The notes under the pieces are model-generated. The model was not told the DNA's origin. It worked only from the letters and a program-made list of their open reading frames with translations, and searched no databases. A stretch of DNA of 64,000 nt from Octopus sinensis (lineage: Eukaryota), in assembly GCF_006345805.1 (NCBI RefSeq), contig NC_043019.1, positions 2,356,001 through 2,420,000 on the forward strand. Reading direction: 5' to 3'. A program made the position numbers and the translations under genes. Positions 12,697-26,222 of the stretch are shown here, in pieces. The first letter of the stretch is position 1. Each line of letters begins with the position of its first letter.

Positions 12697-12929
12697 AATC
12701 ACAAATCTAAGGAGCTAGAGTGACTCAAGACATGTTTTAAAGTGGCAACGTTATGATTTTCATATCATTTGAATAAAGGTAAGTCACCGATCGCCGATAT
12801 TCTCCTACGGTCTGAATTCGATTATAAGAGAAATGACCAACCAAATTTCAACTTACACAGTCTCATCTTTATTAAATTGGTTTCACTTGGAATAATTTAA
12901 CGCTTCTATTGTCATGTTTGCCCAGTAAG

Positions 12930-13195
12930 AGCTCTGCGTTTACCGTGGTTAGTGTTCCTCTTAAATAGCTGAGGTAAAAATAATGGACAAAGAAAAGATT
13001 CCAACGAACTGACGCTCTTCTAAGAAAGGAACGGATGTAGTCGTAGTAGTATCAGAGTGGGTTCTCAAGGCAAGAAGGGTAATAATAAGAAATGGAGGTA
13101 ATAGGAGACAAGCCAGTTCCATGTAGAATACCATTGCAGTAGTGAAAGATGGCAGAGAGTAGCGATAACAAATTTGTATGTTCAGGTTGGAGAAA
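12930..13195 (-). mobile_element. Jockey/I/CR1-group LINE 3' relic
   Basis: Minus strand ..FHYCNG...ELA.L.P...SFL.R.SVRWNL resembles LINE ORF2 ends; heavily decayed. Confidence 0.45.
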
Positions 13196-13432
13196 TCTAG
13201 TTATTACAAGGTCTCTACTCGTGACATTTATATATATTATTTAGAAATAATATTTCTATTTTTATTTCAGTGACTGAGTGTCACTTTGAAAACTATGTAT
13301 TCGAACGGTGAATTCAGCAACGCCATCTGCCCAAGCAGCTACTCTATGTTGATAAAGGGAAACAACTCAGAAACTATTCCCACAGATGTGAGGCTTATTT
13401 TTTTCAAGCCTGGTACTTATTCTATGGGAAGG

Positions 13433-13670
13433 CGGCGAGCTGGCAGAAACGTTAGCACGCCGGGCGAAATGCTAAGTGGTATTTCGTCTGCCGTTACGTT
13501 CTGAGTTCAAATTCCGCCCAGGTCGACTTTGCCTTTCATCCTTTCGGGGTCGATTAAATAAGTACCAGTTACGCACTGGGGTCGATGTAATCGACTTAAT
13601 CCGTTCGTCTGTCCTTGTTTGTCCCTCTGTGTTTAGCCCCTTGTGGGTACTAAAGAAATAGGTACTTATT
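13433..13670 (+). mobile_element. SINE family B (tRNA-like head GGCGAGCTGGCAGAA, box B GAGTTCAAATTCC)
   Basis: Other copies at about 17870, 18090, 20725, 21125, 22160, 22380, 32513, 33950, 36245, 36420, 38345, 54735, 54965, 58780 and 59255. Confidence 0.9.
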
Positions 13671-14936
13671 CTATAGGTCCCTTCTGCCGAGCAGCTAATT
13701 TACCGGGACACAAACACACCAACACTGGTTGTCAAGTGGTAGTGAGAGATAAAAATACACACACACATATATACGACGGATTTCTTTCAGTTACCGTATA
13801 CCATTTCACTCACAAAGGTTTGGTCGGCTTGAGGGCCACAGTAGAAGATACTTTCCCAAAGTGGTATGCTGTAGAACTGAACCCGGAACCATGTGGTTGG
13901 GAAGCAACTTTCTTACCACACAGCCACGCCAGCGCCTGTTACAAAAAGATACTAACTCATCTCTCTTTCAGAATTAAAAGAGAATCTATCTTAGAATGTT
14001 ATTTTCTATTTAATTTGTTTCCTAAATGAATTAGTTATGCAAATGTATTTAGCTATGTAAAAATCGTAACGAAATTTTCATACCTAAATACATTTATCAT
14101 GCATAAAAGTTTTTTTATGTTAATTAAAGTATTTTTTTAATTTAAGGTATTTTATACAAGTAGTTCAATTTATATTTTGTTAACCTAATTCTCAGATGTT
14201 ATATCGTCTCATTTATCAATCAACTAATTAACTCTGTACACGAACTTTATATTCACCAGTTCTTAACAGTAATACTGAAATATTGTTTATTCAAGCACTA
14301 AATTCTATCATCTATACTAACATAGCTTGCGTCTGTTCATTAGAACGATAAATTAAAATTTGCTTCTGTTTACCTGATTTAAGATAATTTAGCCAAACCC
14401 TCCATTAACCCTTGAACAGCGGGAAAGGGTTGTATGAATATGTATGCCAAATGGACAAAAAACAAAAAAAAATGTTTCTTTTTCTTAAGGGTAGTTTTTT
14501 ACCCTTATTTTCACTTTAAATGAGTACAAAATCTACAATAATTGTTAGGCTCTCGCACCATGAATCTTACAATCTCGTTACCGAAAAGTGCCGTAAAATA
14601 TCCATGTAAAATTTTTGAAACATCAGTGGATGATGTCCGCTGTGTAAGCTTATAATTTTCGTCTTTTATCTTTTATTTCTTTCAGTCATTCGACTGCGGC
14701 CATCCTGGGGCACTGTCTTGAACAATTTTTAGTCGAATGAATCGCCCCCAGTCCTTTTTTTTTATTTATAAGCCTGATACTTATTCTATCGTTCTCTTTT
14801 GCTGAAAAACTTTGTTATGGGGACGTAGACACACCAACACCGACTGTCAAGCGATTGCGAGGTGGGGGGGAGCAAACATAGACACACACATAATTTTATA
14901 TATATATATATATTATATATATATATAATATATATA

Positions 14937-14978
<42 letters not shown>

Positions 14979-16489
14979 GAGGGATTTCCTTCAGTTTCCG
15001 TCTACCAAATCAACTCACAAGGCTTTGGTTGGCTCGCGGCTATAGTAGAAGAGTGTGATGCAGATCAAACCCGGAACCAAATGTCTCGGAAACCATCTTA
15101 AGCGCATTATTCCTGAATTATAAATAATCTGGGTTTGAACTGGTGATCTTTACTTCTAAACTAAGAGTAATGACATCTGACGTTCTTATCGTAGTCAATA
15201 CAGGAAATAGAAGACTTGATTGTATACGCAGCCCAATGTAACGCCTCCGCCTGGTCCTTGGGTACCTTGGGTGGAGTCAACTTTTTTTTCACAAACATTC
15301 ACCCCAAACTCACACTTTCTTTTTACCCCACCCTACTCGCATTTTTATCAGTAGACCTTGACCTGCAGATGCTTAGATTACGTATAAAGCTCACAAGTCT
15401 GGGAGTATAAGAAACCAAGTTCGCAGACAATGATTCTTTTTCTGACTAATCGCTCAAATAAGTGAAAACTATATCCGTGTTGCAATTTATCATTGAAAGT
15501 TTTAATTTATTCAGCATTATAGAATTTAAAGTGATTAGAGCGCTAAGTAGAGAAATTTCCAAACACCTTTTAAGTATGTTTTATAAAAACAGTACAGTAA
15601 TTCTGAGAGAACAATATTTCTTCTACTACCATACAAGATTATAGAATGAACACACCATATCTTCTACTGCCATGTCACCAGCTAATTTACGTTAGCACAT
15701 ATCTTAGTATCGTGAATAATTCTTATTCTTTCTCCTCCAAAAGATCAGACATGCTGATACAGCAATTACAAGTTTTCTTTCTTGAAAAAAAAATGGGTTA
15801 AATTCCAACAGAAGAATGAAATAAATGGTACTGTACGAGGAATCAAATTCCGACACTTTTCAAGGCCTATGTTTTATGCAAATATTAAAAGAAACAGAAG
15901 CTATTAAATATCACATTTAAAATTATGGCTTTTTTCGTCAGTTATTCTCCATTATTTTACTTAATATTTTGTATGATATATATATATATTCATTAGATTA
16001 TATATTATAATAGATTTTTGTAAGTTGTGACATCACAACATTATATACATGGACAGATATAAGCATGTGGTTAATAAGTCCACTTCACTAACATTAGTCC
16101 CGAGTTCGGTCTCTCTGATTGGCACTTAGAGCATGTTTCTCCAGCTTTTGTCTCGGATTTCTAATGCTTTTTCAGTGGAATTTAATAGATTATAACAACT
16201 AGAAAAACAGTCGTGTGAGTGGTTGAGTGTGTGTGTGTGTGTGTGCGTGCGCGCGCAACTATGCGTGCGTGCGTATCAGTATGAGTAGAAGCCTGTGCTC
16301 GCTTCGAGTTGCTTAACTTCAAATTAAAAATTCTCGTAAACCAACAACTTTGAAGACAGTTATTGTTGATCCAGCTGAAATAAAACAAGATTCAACAACA
16401 GACCCCAGGGTCGAAGGGGCCATGCTATAATGATTACTTGGCATCAAAACCACAATGAAGAAACAAAAGGAACCTAGTAACACCTTATT

Positions 16490-16760
16490 CATTTGGAATG
16501 TATGTACACTAACAGAAGAATCCTATTTCACAATTCTAATGGCCGAAAATATAGATTGATACAATATAGGATGGAATGATGTCTGAAGAACTGGGGAAGC
16601 GCTAAAAAAAATAATAGAATACTACATCTACCATTCTGGCAAAAACAAGAATTCAAACAAAGTGGAATTGAATTTCCTCGTCAACAAATTAAATAAGAAC
16701 AACTTCAAGGAATTCCCAGGCATTTCTGACCAAGGTGCAAGACTTTCCTTAAAGCAGTCA
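16490..16760 (+). mobile_element. RTE-type APE endonuclease relic
   Basis: Degenerate WNVxTL, RRTGE and HSG..GxxFLVNK motifs. Confidence 0.45.
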
Positions 16761-17099
16761 TAGGCAACCTGCGGCTTGCAGAACTTTTTTAATATAAAAC
16801 TTAACAAAAGAAGAAAAAAAATAACCTTCAAATTATTTTAGTAGTGTGACTCGCCTGCTGATGAGCCATGTTTTATGGGGTTCGCTACTCAAAAAAAAAA
16901 GTTGTCCATGCCTACCTTAAACCTATCCCCGAAGTCCGACTTTCGAAGAATTTCTACAAGCGTTATGCGTTTTGTTCTGGATAGCTGCAAACACAGCTGT
17001 GAGTAAAGCACTTGGGGTACATGTGAAAATGAAGTTTTGTTGTGTGGGGGTTGTAGAAAGAGCATAGTTTCAGCGCCCGGCCTCATTGTTTCAGATGAA

Positions 17100-17330
17100 T
17101 CAAGAGTGAAGCGTGTGAGATGCTAATGATAATTGACTCAAAACTGGCGGAGCTCCAACCAGTCGCTTGGCTTGGAGTTCCGTAAGATACAAGGGGGAAA
17201 TGTTTTGTGTAGTATGCGATTGTGTGCTAGATAGAAGTGATAAGGCAGTGGTCGGCTGATCGGAGGGGTGTAGAGTCAGTTACAGTTTAGTAGAGATTAG
17301 ATTTGAGATGAAAAGAGATTAAGGGCGTAT
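17100..17330 (-). mobile_element. LINE APE endonuclease C-terminal relic
   Basis: Minus TPLRSADHCLI and A(D)WLELRQF resemble the SDH motif region. Confidence 0.45.
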
Positions 17331-18559
17331 AGAATGTCTTTGCTGAAAGGTGATACACAAAACATCAGATTCTCCGCTCTTTATGGCAGCTAAACTTTAT
17401 CAACGAACTCATCAAGCCATCCATTGTAACACATCATCCTAACATCTCAATCTTCTATAACGTTTATCAACGATAGAGTCAACAATTCATTTTCGTTTGA
17501 AAATATGTTACTTAAAAAATAATTGTAATATAGTTTTTTTTTTCTTTTAATGCTAAATTCAATGTATAGAATATTTTCATCGAAATAGATTACACATTGA
17601 GTTTATCTTCCATCAAATCACAGCAAAATTAGTTTAAAAAGTAAGTAAAATACACATGCTAACTGAAGCTAATTTTGCGTAAAAAACAACATAGTACAAA
17701 TACGGCACAAAATTCTTCACGACTTTTTAAATAAGAAAACATCCAAAAATGCCTCCTGGCATTTTTTTTAAACACATGCGATTTTATCAGCCCACCTCCT
17801 TTAACTGTCTCTAATTTTAGTACATTGCCTACGGCAGTGAATTAGTAAAACATCCACAGCAAAAGAAAAAAAATACAGAACGCCTTGTTGTACATGTTCC
17901 GACTCTTAACGTTCTGAATTCAAATCTTGCCTAGGTTAACTTTGCATTTTATTCCTTCAGGCTCGATAAACCAATGTACCAGTTACGTATTGAGTTGTAA
18001 TCGACCAGCGCCATCCTCTCAAAAATACCGAGTTTACGCCTAATTTAAAAACAATATAGATAGTATACCTGATGTTTTTAGGGTTGGTTTACGCCGATTA
18101 ACTCGACCTAGTACTTGAGTGGTACTTTCTTTTATCGACTCCTGACGAGTGGTCAACAAAGTTGCCTCTGTGAGATTTTAACTCAGTATGTAAAAAACGG
18201 AACAAATATCTCTGGTGATCTAACGATCTTGTTAATCAACAACTCTATAATAATGGGTTTTAATTTAACCACAAAAACAGCAGCTTTGAGAGGATGGGGT
18301 TTAGTCGATGCCAAAGAATGAAAGACAAGTCGACTTTGGTTGTGGCATTTGAACTGAAAATATAAAAGAGAAGAATTTCCTTTATTGGCCAGAAGGTGCC
18401 GAGACACTGAGGACAATACAAAGATGATATGGAAATACTGAAAATTAGGTTTACAGCTAGTAAAATTATGTAAAAAAAAAAAAGACAACAAAGAACCTCA
18501 GCATGCAGATTATCTGTTTCAGGCAAGTCATCAAAAGATTTTTCCCAGTTTCTTTCCGC

Positions 18560-20430
18560 CTATTTACAAAAGTATACCCTAATTAGTCCAATTAAATCTC
18601 ATTAGTCTCCTCACTTTCGCGAATGTTTCATTGAACACACTAGAAGACAGCTCCTCCATTTCTATCCTCACATCCGAAGAAGTTGATGAAAGCTTGGCCA
18701 GAAAGGAAAATTCCTGTCTTCAAACTTTTTACAAAGTTCCACCACTTCACATCTTTTAGCATAGCAACAAGACGGAAGAAACTAGTTAATCCCCCGCTAA
18801 AAGATGCTGCTTCGATTCCCACTATAGTTTCGGCAGATATTCCTACACACGACAGTTGCTGTTCGACACAGGCGCATAAATCGGTAATACACGAACAGTG
18901 AACGATAGCATATAAGACGGGTTCGTCTAAAATAGGTTTGTATGGCTAATGGCATTTCTGTGAGTGTAGTGTTTGCTTCGAACAATTAATGATCTCTTAT
19001 AGCACTGTTATATCAAGGAGTTTCGGAAATTGACCATAGTCTGCGTCTTGAAACTTCTTCAGAAGAGAGTGCTTCAATTTCTCGCGTCGACGTCCAGACC
19101 TGTTATCGAGCCAACATTGCTCATACCTTACACTGTTCCTCTATAAAATGCGAGTGTTGTTTTACCACCAACGGCGTTGTCCAGCTGGTAGTGTATTGTG
19201 GGTACCTAACAGCATTTTGGATGCCAAACCCCAACCTTAGTTTAATACTGCAGTAAGACAAGTCTTACGAAAGGCACCCAAGCTAATTCCTCTTCGTTTT
19301 TATGGTCGTCGTTACCGTTGCAGTGGTCGAGGTGTTTATGCCGACATGTCGGCGTCGGTGCATGCCTGAGTATCATCAGTGACAGCATTCCGAGAACACC
19401 TGCAGAAGAATTTCCTGACCGTGGAACTTGTCTGTTTTATAACATACAGGAAAACATGATCAGATATTTTGTAAGACGAGGTAATGCGGCCAGGAGCAGT
19501 ACACCACAGAAGCGATGTAGGCGTTAGGTATTTCCGCCAAACCTTTCAGAAACAACATCCTGATTCTGAAATAGACTGACAATCCAACTCGCAACATCTT
19601 CGCAAGAGAATGGGTATTACTAGTGACAAGAAGAGAGAACTCAGTCTCGATCCTTGACTTTTGGTTGTTGTCTGCTTGCTCGACTTCCAGGTCAGTTTCA
19701 TGTTCACCGGCAGTCGAGACTGAGGACGAGGCTACCGTTCTCCACCATTTCCGGAGTCACGACAACCAATGCCCTGGGAACTGCAGCTATTGTCTAATTT
19801 TATTACAGTCTTTGTTGCTCCTCTTTACCATCTTTGATTTCTTCCCAGCGGAAATCCTTCAAGCGACCATCACCGCCTACACATCTAGTAGCTGGGCTTT
19901 GTGACAAATGTCGGTAGTCTAATAGCTTTCCCTTCTCCGCCCTTGACAGGGCACAGTTCCGGAATGTGGTTTTGCTCTGAGGGGACCAACAGAACTAATA
20001 AAGTAGTGCTGAACCCACTCAATCCCACATCATTTCCGATTGTCTCAGTACTTACTAGTTGTCGGTACTGTCCTACAATGTAATGGCGGTCTATCACGCC
20101 TAAGGTGTGTAACGCACCAGCACTGCCTGTTTTCGTTTCTAAATCCTTTGCTCTGAATATTATTTTAACCATTCTATAATCTTTCCTTGGTTGAACTAAG
20201 AAATATTGTTTCATATAACTCCATGATCTGCATCTGGCTATTGTTTCGGGAGTACAAGGAAAACCCTATGTGTGATAGAGGCATGCGCTTTCCTACATGC
20301 CTTTTCCTATAAATATTCTTGGAAAAAGAAGATTCTGTATCTCTTAACACATGTCTCCCATGTTTTTTTACCCTTGGGTGATATATATATATCCAAAGAT
20401 TCATCCATGTTCGTAAAAATTTAATCATAC
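18560..20430 (-). mobile_element. Tx1/L1-clade LINE ORF2 relic (RT C-terminal part and zinc-finger region)
   Basis: LKGLAEIPNAYIASVVY; GVLGMLSLMILRHA; EPVLYAIVHCSCITDLCACVEQQLS...SAETIV...FFRLVAMLKDVKW...LKTGIFLSGQAFINFF; many stops. Confidence 0.75.
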
Positions 20431-21124
20431 TTTCATTAAAAATTCTATTTTTATGTTTTCTTTTCCGTGCTTTCTTTTTGTGACAAGGTTTTCGAGTTTA
20501 TTATGTCTGCTTGTTCTTTGTTTTCAATGATCTTGTTTTCCTTTAAAACTTTATGCTTATAATTTACACGAGTTTTTATCTGAGGAACCGTATCGTTTCC
20601 AATAGTGCAACCACCACCGTCATGATTACATTCTTCCCGCTAATCCACATTGAGAAAAAAAACACTTGACTTTCTGATAAGCAATTATTTACAAAATCTA
20701 AAATATAAAATATAAAATGTTTACGGCGGCGAACTGGCAGAACAGTTACAACGCCGATCAAAATGCTTGGCGACATTTCGTCTGTCTTAACATTCTGCTC
20801 TCAAATTCCGCAGGGGTAGACTTTGCTTTCATCCTTTCGGGATCGATAAAATAAGTACCATCTGAGCAACTGGGATCAACGTAATCGACTTACACCCTTT
20901 TCTCAAACTTGCTGGCCTTGTGCCAAAATTTGAAACCAAAATATAAAATGTTCAAAAACAAAACTTTTCATTTCTGTTCCAAAGTAAACGGGATAAAGAA
21001 TGGTTGGTTCTAGTCTTCTTATCGGTAAAATATTGTAACAGAAAACCGTTCTCCATTCAGTATAAATGAGGTAAATTTCAAATGAACAGGTCTAGCCGTC
21101 TCAGTCATATAAATTATCTATTTC

Positions 21125-21350
21125 TTTTACTACCCACACGGGGCTAAACACAGAGAGGAAAAGCAAGGACAGACAAACGGATTAAGTCGATTATATCGAC
21201 CCCAGTGCGTAACTGGTACTTATTTAATCGACCCCGAAAGGATGAAAGGCAAAGTCAACCTCGGCGGAATTTGAACTCAGAGCGTAGCGACAGACGAAAT
21301 ACCACTAAGCATTTCGCCCGGCGTGCTAACGTTTCTGCCAGCTCGCCGCT
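21125..21350 (-). mobile_element. SINE family B, full length
   Basis: Reverse complement of 13433-13670. Confidence 0.9.
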
Positions 21351-22879
21351 GTTATCATAACAGTATATCTTGAACTAGAAACCATTAACTTTTACCATAA
21401 TGATAAAAGTCCGTTTTGTTTATAAGTTCGCTTTATAACAACGTGCTTCCGGTTTCGATTCACTGCTCGGCAACTTGAGCAAATACATTCATACCCTCGC
21501 CTTGGCTCCATCAAATCTTTGTGACTAAAATTTATTCGACAGAAACTGTGTGGAATTCCAGTGAAGGAAGCGGTTCTGTGTTTGAGTGGTGAACTTAATC
21601 CGTCATCGGCTTAACACTCGTTTTGTCTATTTAAATAGTAAAATGATACTACTCATATCAATAAAACATCATCGTACTACATTCTTCTTAAATATGAGCA
21701 ACATATGTCCCTGCTTCAGTAACACTTCATTCTCTTTCTTATATTTTAAAAATAAATTTGTACTTTTAGCACTCCAAAATGTTACTCCAAAATGTTAAGC
21801 CTCTCCAAAATGTTACAGGTCACGCCAAAATGTTAAGCTTCTCTATCAAATTGCATGCTGCAGACTAACTCTTCTTTCAGAGTCAGAATGTGCATCAACT
21901 CTTCGCAATTGATTGCAGGCCTCCACTGAAGTACAAACATCAGTTAAGACCTACAACAGAGTATTATTCTCATATCAAGAGCGGTGCTACAGACATAACT
22001 TAGGAACGTAAATTTGCTTAGGTGGGTGCAAACTCAGGTGCAAAATGTTTTACAAGGTCGATTTTTTTTCAATCTTAATATCAAACAAACACAGTTATAA
22101 TAACGATTGTCCGTCCTATTATAGGCACAAGCTTGAGATTTGGTGGAGGAGAGCCTAGTCGATTATAGCGACCCCAGTACTTGACTGGTACTTATTTTAT
22201 CGACTTTTGAAAAGATGAAAAACAAAGTGGACCTCGGCAGAATTTGAACTCAGAACGTGAAGACGGACGAAATGCCGCTAAGTATTTCGTCCGGAGTGCA
22301 AACGATTCTGACAGCTCGCCGCCTTAAGCATGATAATGCTTTCAAATTTAGGCAAAAGAGCAGCAATTTCAGAGAGGGATTAAGTCGACTACATCGACCC
22401 CAGTATTTAACTGGTATTTATTTTATCGATCCCGGATGGATAAAAGGTAAAGTCAACCTCAGGAGAATTTGAACTCGGAACATGAAGACGGACACCGGCG
22501 TGCTAACGATTCTGCCAGTTCGCAGCCTTAGCTTTAGGCATAGTAATAATAATAATTACTATTATTATCATTATTATTATGATGGCGGCAAGCTGACAGA
22601 ATCGTTAGCACGAAGGCTGCTCTTGCCTAAATCATTAAATATGTACAAAAGTTTTTAATAATTTTAAAAACTAGATGGGCAAACTTTTTAGAGTTAAACA
22701 CGAAAAAATATGTTGCGCAGAGTAACAACTTTATTGTGTGTCGTTTAATTTTTGATTGCGTTGAACAATAAATTAGTTCCAGAAGGAAGCCAATTATAGT
22801 AATGCTTTAATGCTGAGGACACTTGCTGTGAAATGTTTTTTTATGCATTTAACCCCGTTAAATAATAGTTGTCCTCACA

Positions 22880-22908
22880 CATACACACACACACATATAT
22901 ATATACAC

Positions 22909-22939
<31 letters not shown>

Positions 22940-22948
22940 CATATATAC

Positions 22949-22981
<33 letters not shown>

Positions 22982-23077
22982 ATATATATATATATATACA
23001 TATATATATACATAATATATATATATACATATATATATATACATATATATATATTATACATATATATATATACATAC

Positions 23078-23126
<49 letters not shown>

Positions 23127-23127
23127 C

Positions 23128-23176
<49 letters not shown>

Positions 23177-23263
23177 CATATATGTATATACATATATATA
23201 TATAATTATATATATATATATTATATATATATATATATATATATTATACATATATATATATAC

Positions 23264-23310
<47 letters not shown>

Positions 23311-23323
23311 CATATATATATAT

Positions 23324-23383
<60 letters not shown>

Positions 23384-23420
23384 ATATATATATCCGCATA
23401 TATATATATATATATATATC
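22880..23420. repeat. Long (TA)n/(TACA)n microsatellite
   Basis: Direct reading. Confidence 0.95.
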
Positions 23421-23689
23421 CGCATGTATTGCTATGAATTACTTCATGTTCATTTCTGCTAAAAGTACAAATTTATTTTTAAAATATAAGGAAGAGAATG
23501 AAGTGTCACTGAATTAGGGACATTGTTAATTACTATCAGAAACTTTTGATAAACCTAAATGCTATCAACATAGCATTTTTGGGTTTTTTTCATGTTCATT
23601 TTCTTTGCCATTTTTATCTCTTCACTTTGCCGTTTTACCGGTGACAGGAAAAAACCTCTATCCCAAATGCTACTTGTCACAGTATCACT

Positions 23690-23960
23690 ATATCGACCAA
23701 GCAATTGGATTTGTTATACACCGCTGATCACAATGCGCTTCTTTGCATTGTTGTATCTTTTGAATGAAGCCACCCCGTGACTTCGCGGTCAGGGCACCCC
23801 GAACGCAATCTGTCGTAGTGTTACCCATTCACAGATGAGTGTCTGGAGCACGTGAAATGAAGCATCTTGCTCAAGAGAACAATACACCACCGGTCTGCGA
23901 ATCGAAACCACGATCTTGAGACCATGAGTGCAACATCCTAACCTCTAGATGATGCACTTT
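23690..23960 (-). mobile_element. tRNA-headed SINE with Meta-domain-like core
   Basis: Box B GGTTTCGATTC; CTTGAGCAAGATGCTTCATTTCACGTGCTCCAG resembles the Meta domain as I recall it; tail AAGCGCATTGTGATCAGCG shared with 57930. Confidence 0.6.
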
Positions 23961-24255
23961 CCCGAAATTTGTAGACAGTTTTAGTCAATGAGTTTACTAT
24001 TCTTACTAATCCTTTCTACTGGATGCACAAGACCTCAACCCTTACTAATAAAAGATGGAAGCATTCAACGACACAGCATAGTCGTTCAATTTGCTTTCGA
24101 CCGCCAAATTGACTTCAGTATTTATGCCTATATATACTTTTCCAAAGCATGGTACTTGTTCTCTCGTTCTTTTGCCGAACCGCTAGATTTCGGGGGACGT
24201 AACCAAACCAATATCTGTTATAGAGTTGTTGGAAGGGTAAGTGAACAAGGGTAGT

Positions 24256-24639
24256 GGAGGCGCAATGGCCCAGTGGTTAGGGCAGCGGACTCGCGGTCGT
24301 AGGATCGCGGTTTCGATTCCCAGACCGGGCGTTGTGAGTATTTATTGAGCGAAAACACCTAAAAGCTCTACGAGTCTCCGGCAGGGGATGGTGGTGATCC
24401 CTGCTGTACTCTTTCACCACAACTTTCTCTCACTCTTACTTCCTGTTTCTATTGTACCTGTATTTCAAAGGGCTGGCCTTGTCACTCTCTGTGTCACGCT
24501 GAATATCCTCGAGAACTACGTTAAGGGTACACGTGTCTGTGGAGTGCTCAGCCACTTACACGTTAATTTAACGAGCAGGCTGTTCCGTTGATCGGATCAA
24601 CCGGAACCCTCGTCGTCGTAACCGACGGAGTGCTTCCCA
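24256..24639 (+). mobile_element. tRNA-derived SINE family C, tail type 1
   Basis: Box A TGGCCCAGTGG and box B GGTTTCGATTCC followed by the core GAGCGAAAACACCTAAAAGCTC. Confidence 0.85.
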
Positions 24640-25400
24640 AGTGAACTAGCACACACACACACATACACACACACACGCGCGCGCGTGTACAAGACACTTC
24701 TCCGAGAGGCCCGTGCAGTAGGATTGAACCCGAAACCACGTGGCTGGAAAACGAGCTTCATAAACACACATGTTTTATTAATAAAATAGATACAGTAAAA
24801 TGTTTATTTTTACCAGTATGTATATAGAGGCTAATGAGAAATATATATTACAAGATAATTAGATATCAGTTTGGTAGCTATGTTTGGATGCGCAAGAATA
24901 AATCTGTATGAGTATGATAGCGTAGCTGTGTGTATGTGTGTAAACGTACGTTTGTATATGTACATGTATGTGTGTGCTAGTGCTTTTGAATTTGGGTCTA
25001 TGCTTAATTAAGAATTGTTGTGGGGGTGTTGATATTTCGCTTGAGGATAACAATATTAATAACCTGGTGTTAGAACTCAAAATACATCTGCTTCAGAGCA
25101 AAACATCAGTTGAGTAGAGTAGAGGTAATAAGAAATTATAATGACAAAAGTATAAACAACTATAATATGAACTTCATCGGCTTACAGCTGTTTCTGCTAC
25201 AGGGTGTAATGCACTCATATTTTAATGCTTAAGTATCACCCCATATGTTCATCAGCTCCAATATAAGCTATAGGGTGAATACCCAAGCATTCAACTAAGA
25301 GTGCATTGCGGCATCCTCTAGCTGAAACAGCTGCAAACTAATGAAGTATATACCTGTTCATTCCTTTGCCGCTGTAATTACTTTTATATATATGTGTGTG

Positions 25401-25431
<31 letters not shown>

Positions 25432-25470
25432 GCTTGTGTGTATATATATTTGTATATATATACATATGCT

Positions 25471-25538
<68 letters not shown>

Positions 25539-25542
<4 letters not shown>

Positions 25543-25880
25543 AGTATATGAAAGAATGGAGTTGAACGACTAGTTAACAAATATCCTTTATTCTCGACAT
25601 ATGTTTCGAAGGCTGCATATTCCTAATTCCGAAGGAATAAGGAGTACATTATGCAGATTTCTCTTCAGATTATCGTCATGGGCTCCTTGAGAGCGGTCAG
25701 CTAAAAGTTTTTTGTGCATTTTGATGTCGACATAAGTTTCCTTGATTTTCCTGAAGAGAAATCTGCATAATGTACTCCTTATTCCTTCGGAATTAGGAAT
25801 ATGCAGCCTTCGAAACATATGTTGAGAATAAAGGATATTTGTTAACTAGTCGTTCAACTCCATTCTTTCATATACTTATA
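25539..25880. mobile_element. Penelope 3'-end remnant with inverted pLTR: 130-bp arms with one mismatch and an 82-bp spacer
   Basis: Arms 25539-25668 and 25751-25880, each containing CTGAAGA...GAAAC-ATAT-GT(C/T); spacer encodes RKIKETYVDIK..LADRSQG, like a GIY-YIG C-terminus. Confidence 0.75.
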
Positions 25881-26165
25881 ATTTTAAAATAAACATACAA
25901 ATTTCCGCACGAAGACACGTAGTCTATGCCCTAGGGACGTAGCTTCAACCGTGTTCTTTCTGATGTGAATTTGCTACCCAGGTATCGGTTATCTTTCGAA
26001 TTATCCTTAATAAGATAATTCATTCAATTACTCAAATATATATGTATATATGTATATTATATATATATATATATATACATATATGTATATATATGTTTGT
26101 ATGTATATATATATATATATGTCTATATATATGTATGTGTATATATATGTATATATATGTACATA

Positions 26166-26222
<57 letters not shown>

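Noticed and set aside
12700-12784. Strong donor AAG|GTAAGT at 12779
   Set aside because: All upstream frames are closed and no convincing acceptor; cannot support an exon
17745-17768. Rho-independent terminator-like hairpin AAAAATGCC-TCCT-GGCATTTTT
   Set aside because: Eukaryotic DNA; a short inverted repeat expected by chance
18560-20430. 2-kb coding-like block as a novel gene
   Set aside because: Resolves on the minus strand as a decayed Tx1/L1 ORF2
24256-24330. tRNA gene with apparent TCG anticodon (also 43925-43999 and 58145-58216)
   Set aside because: No proper acceptor stem or terminator, and it continues into the SINE core; a tRNA-derived SINE head
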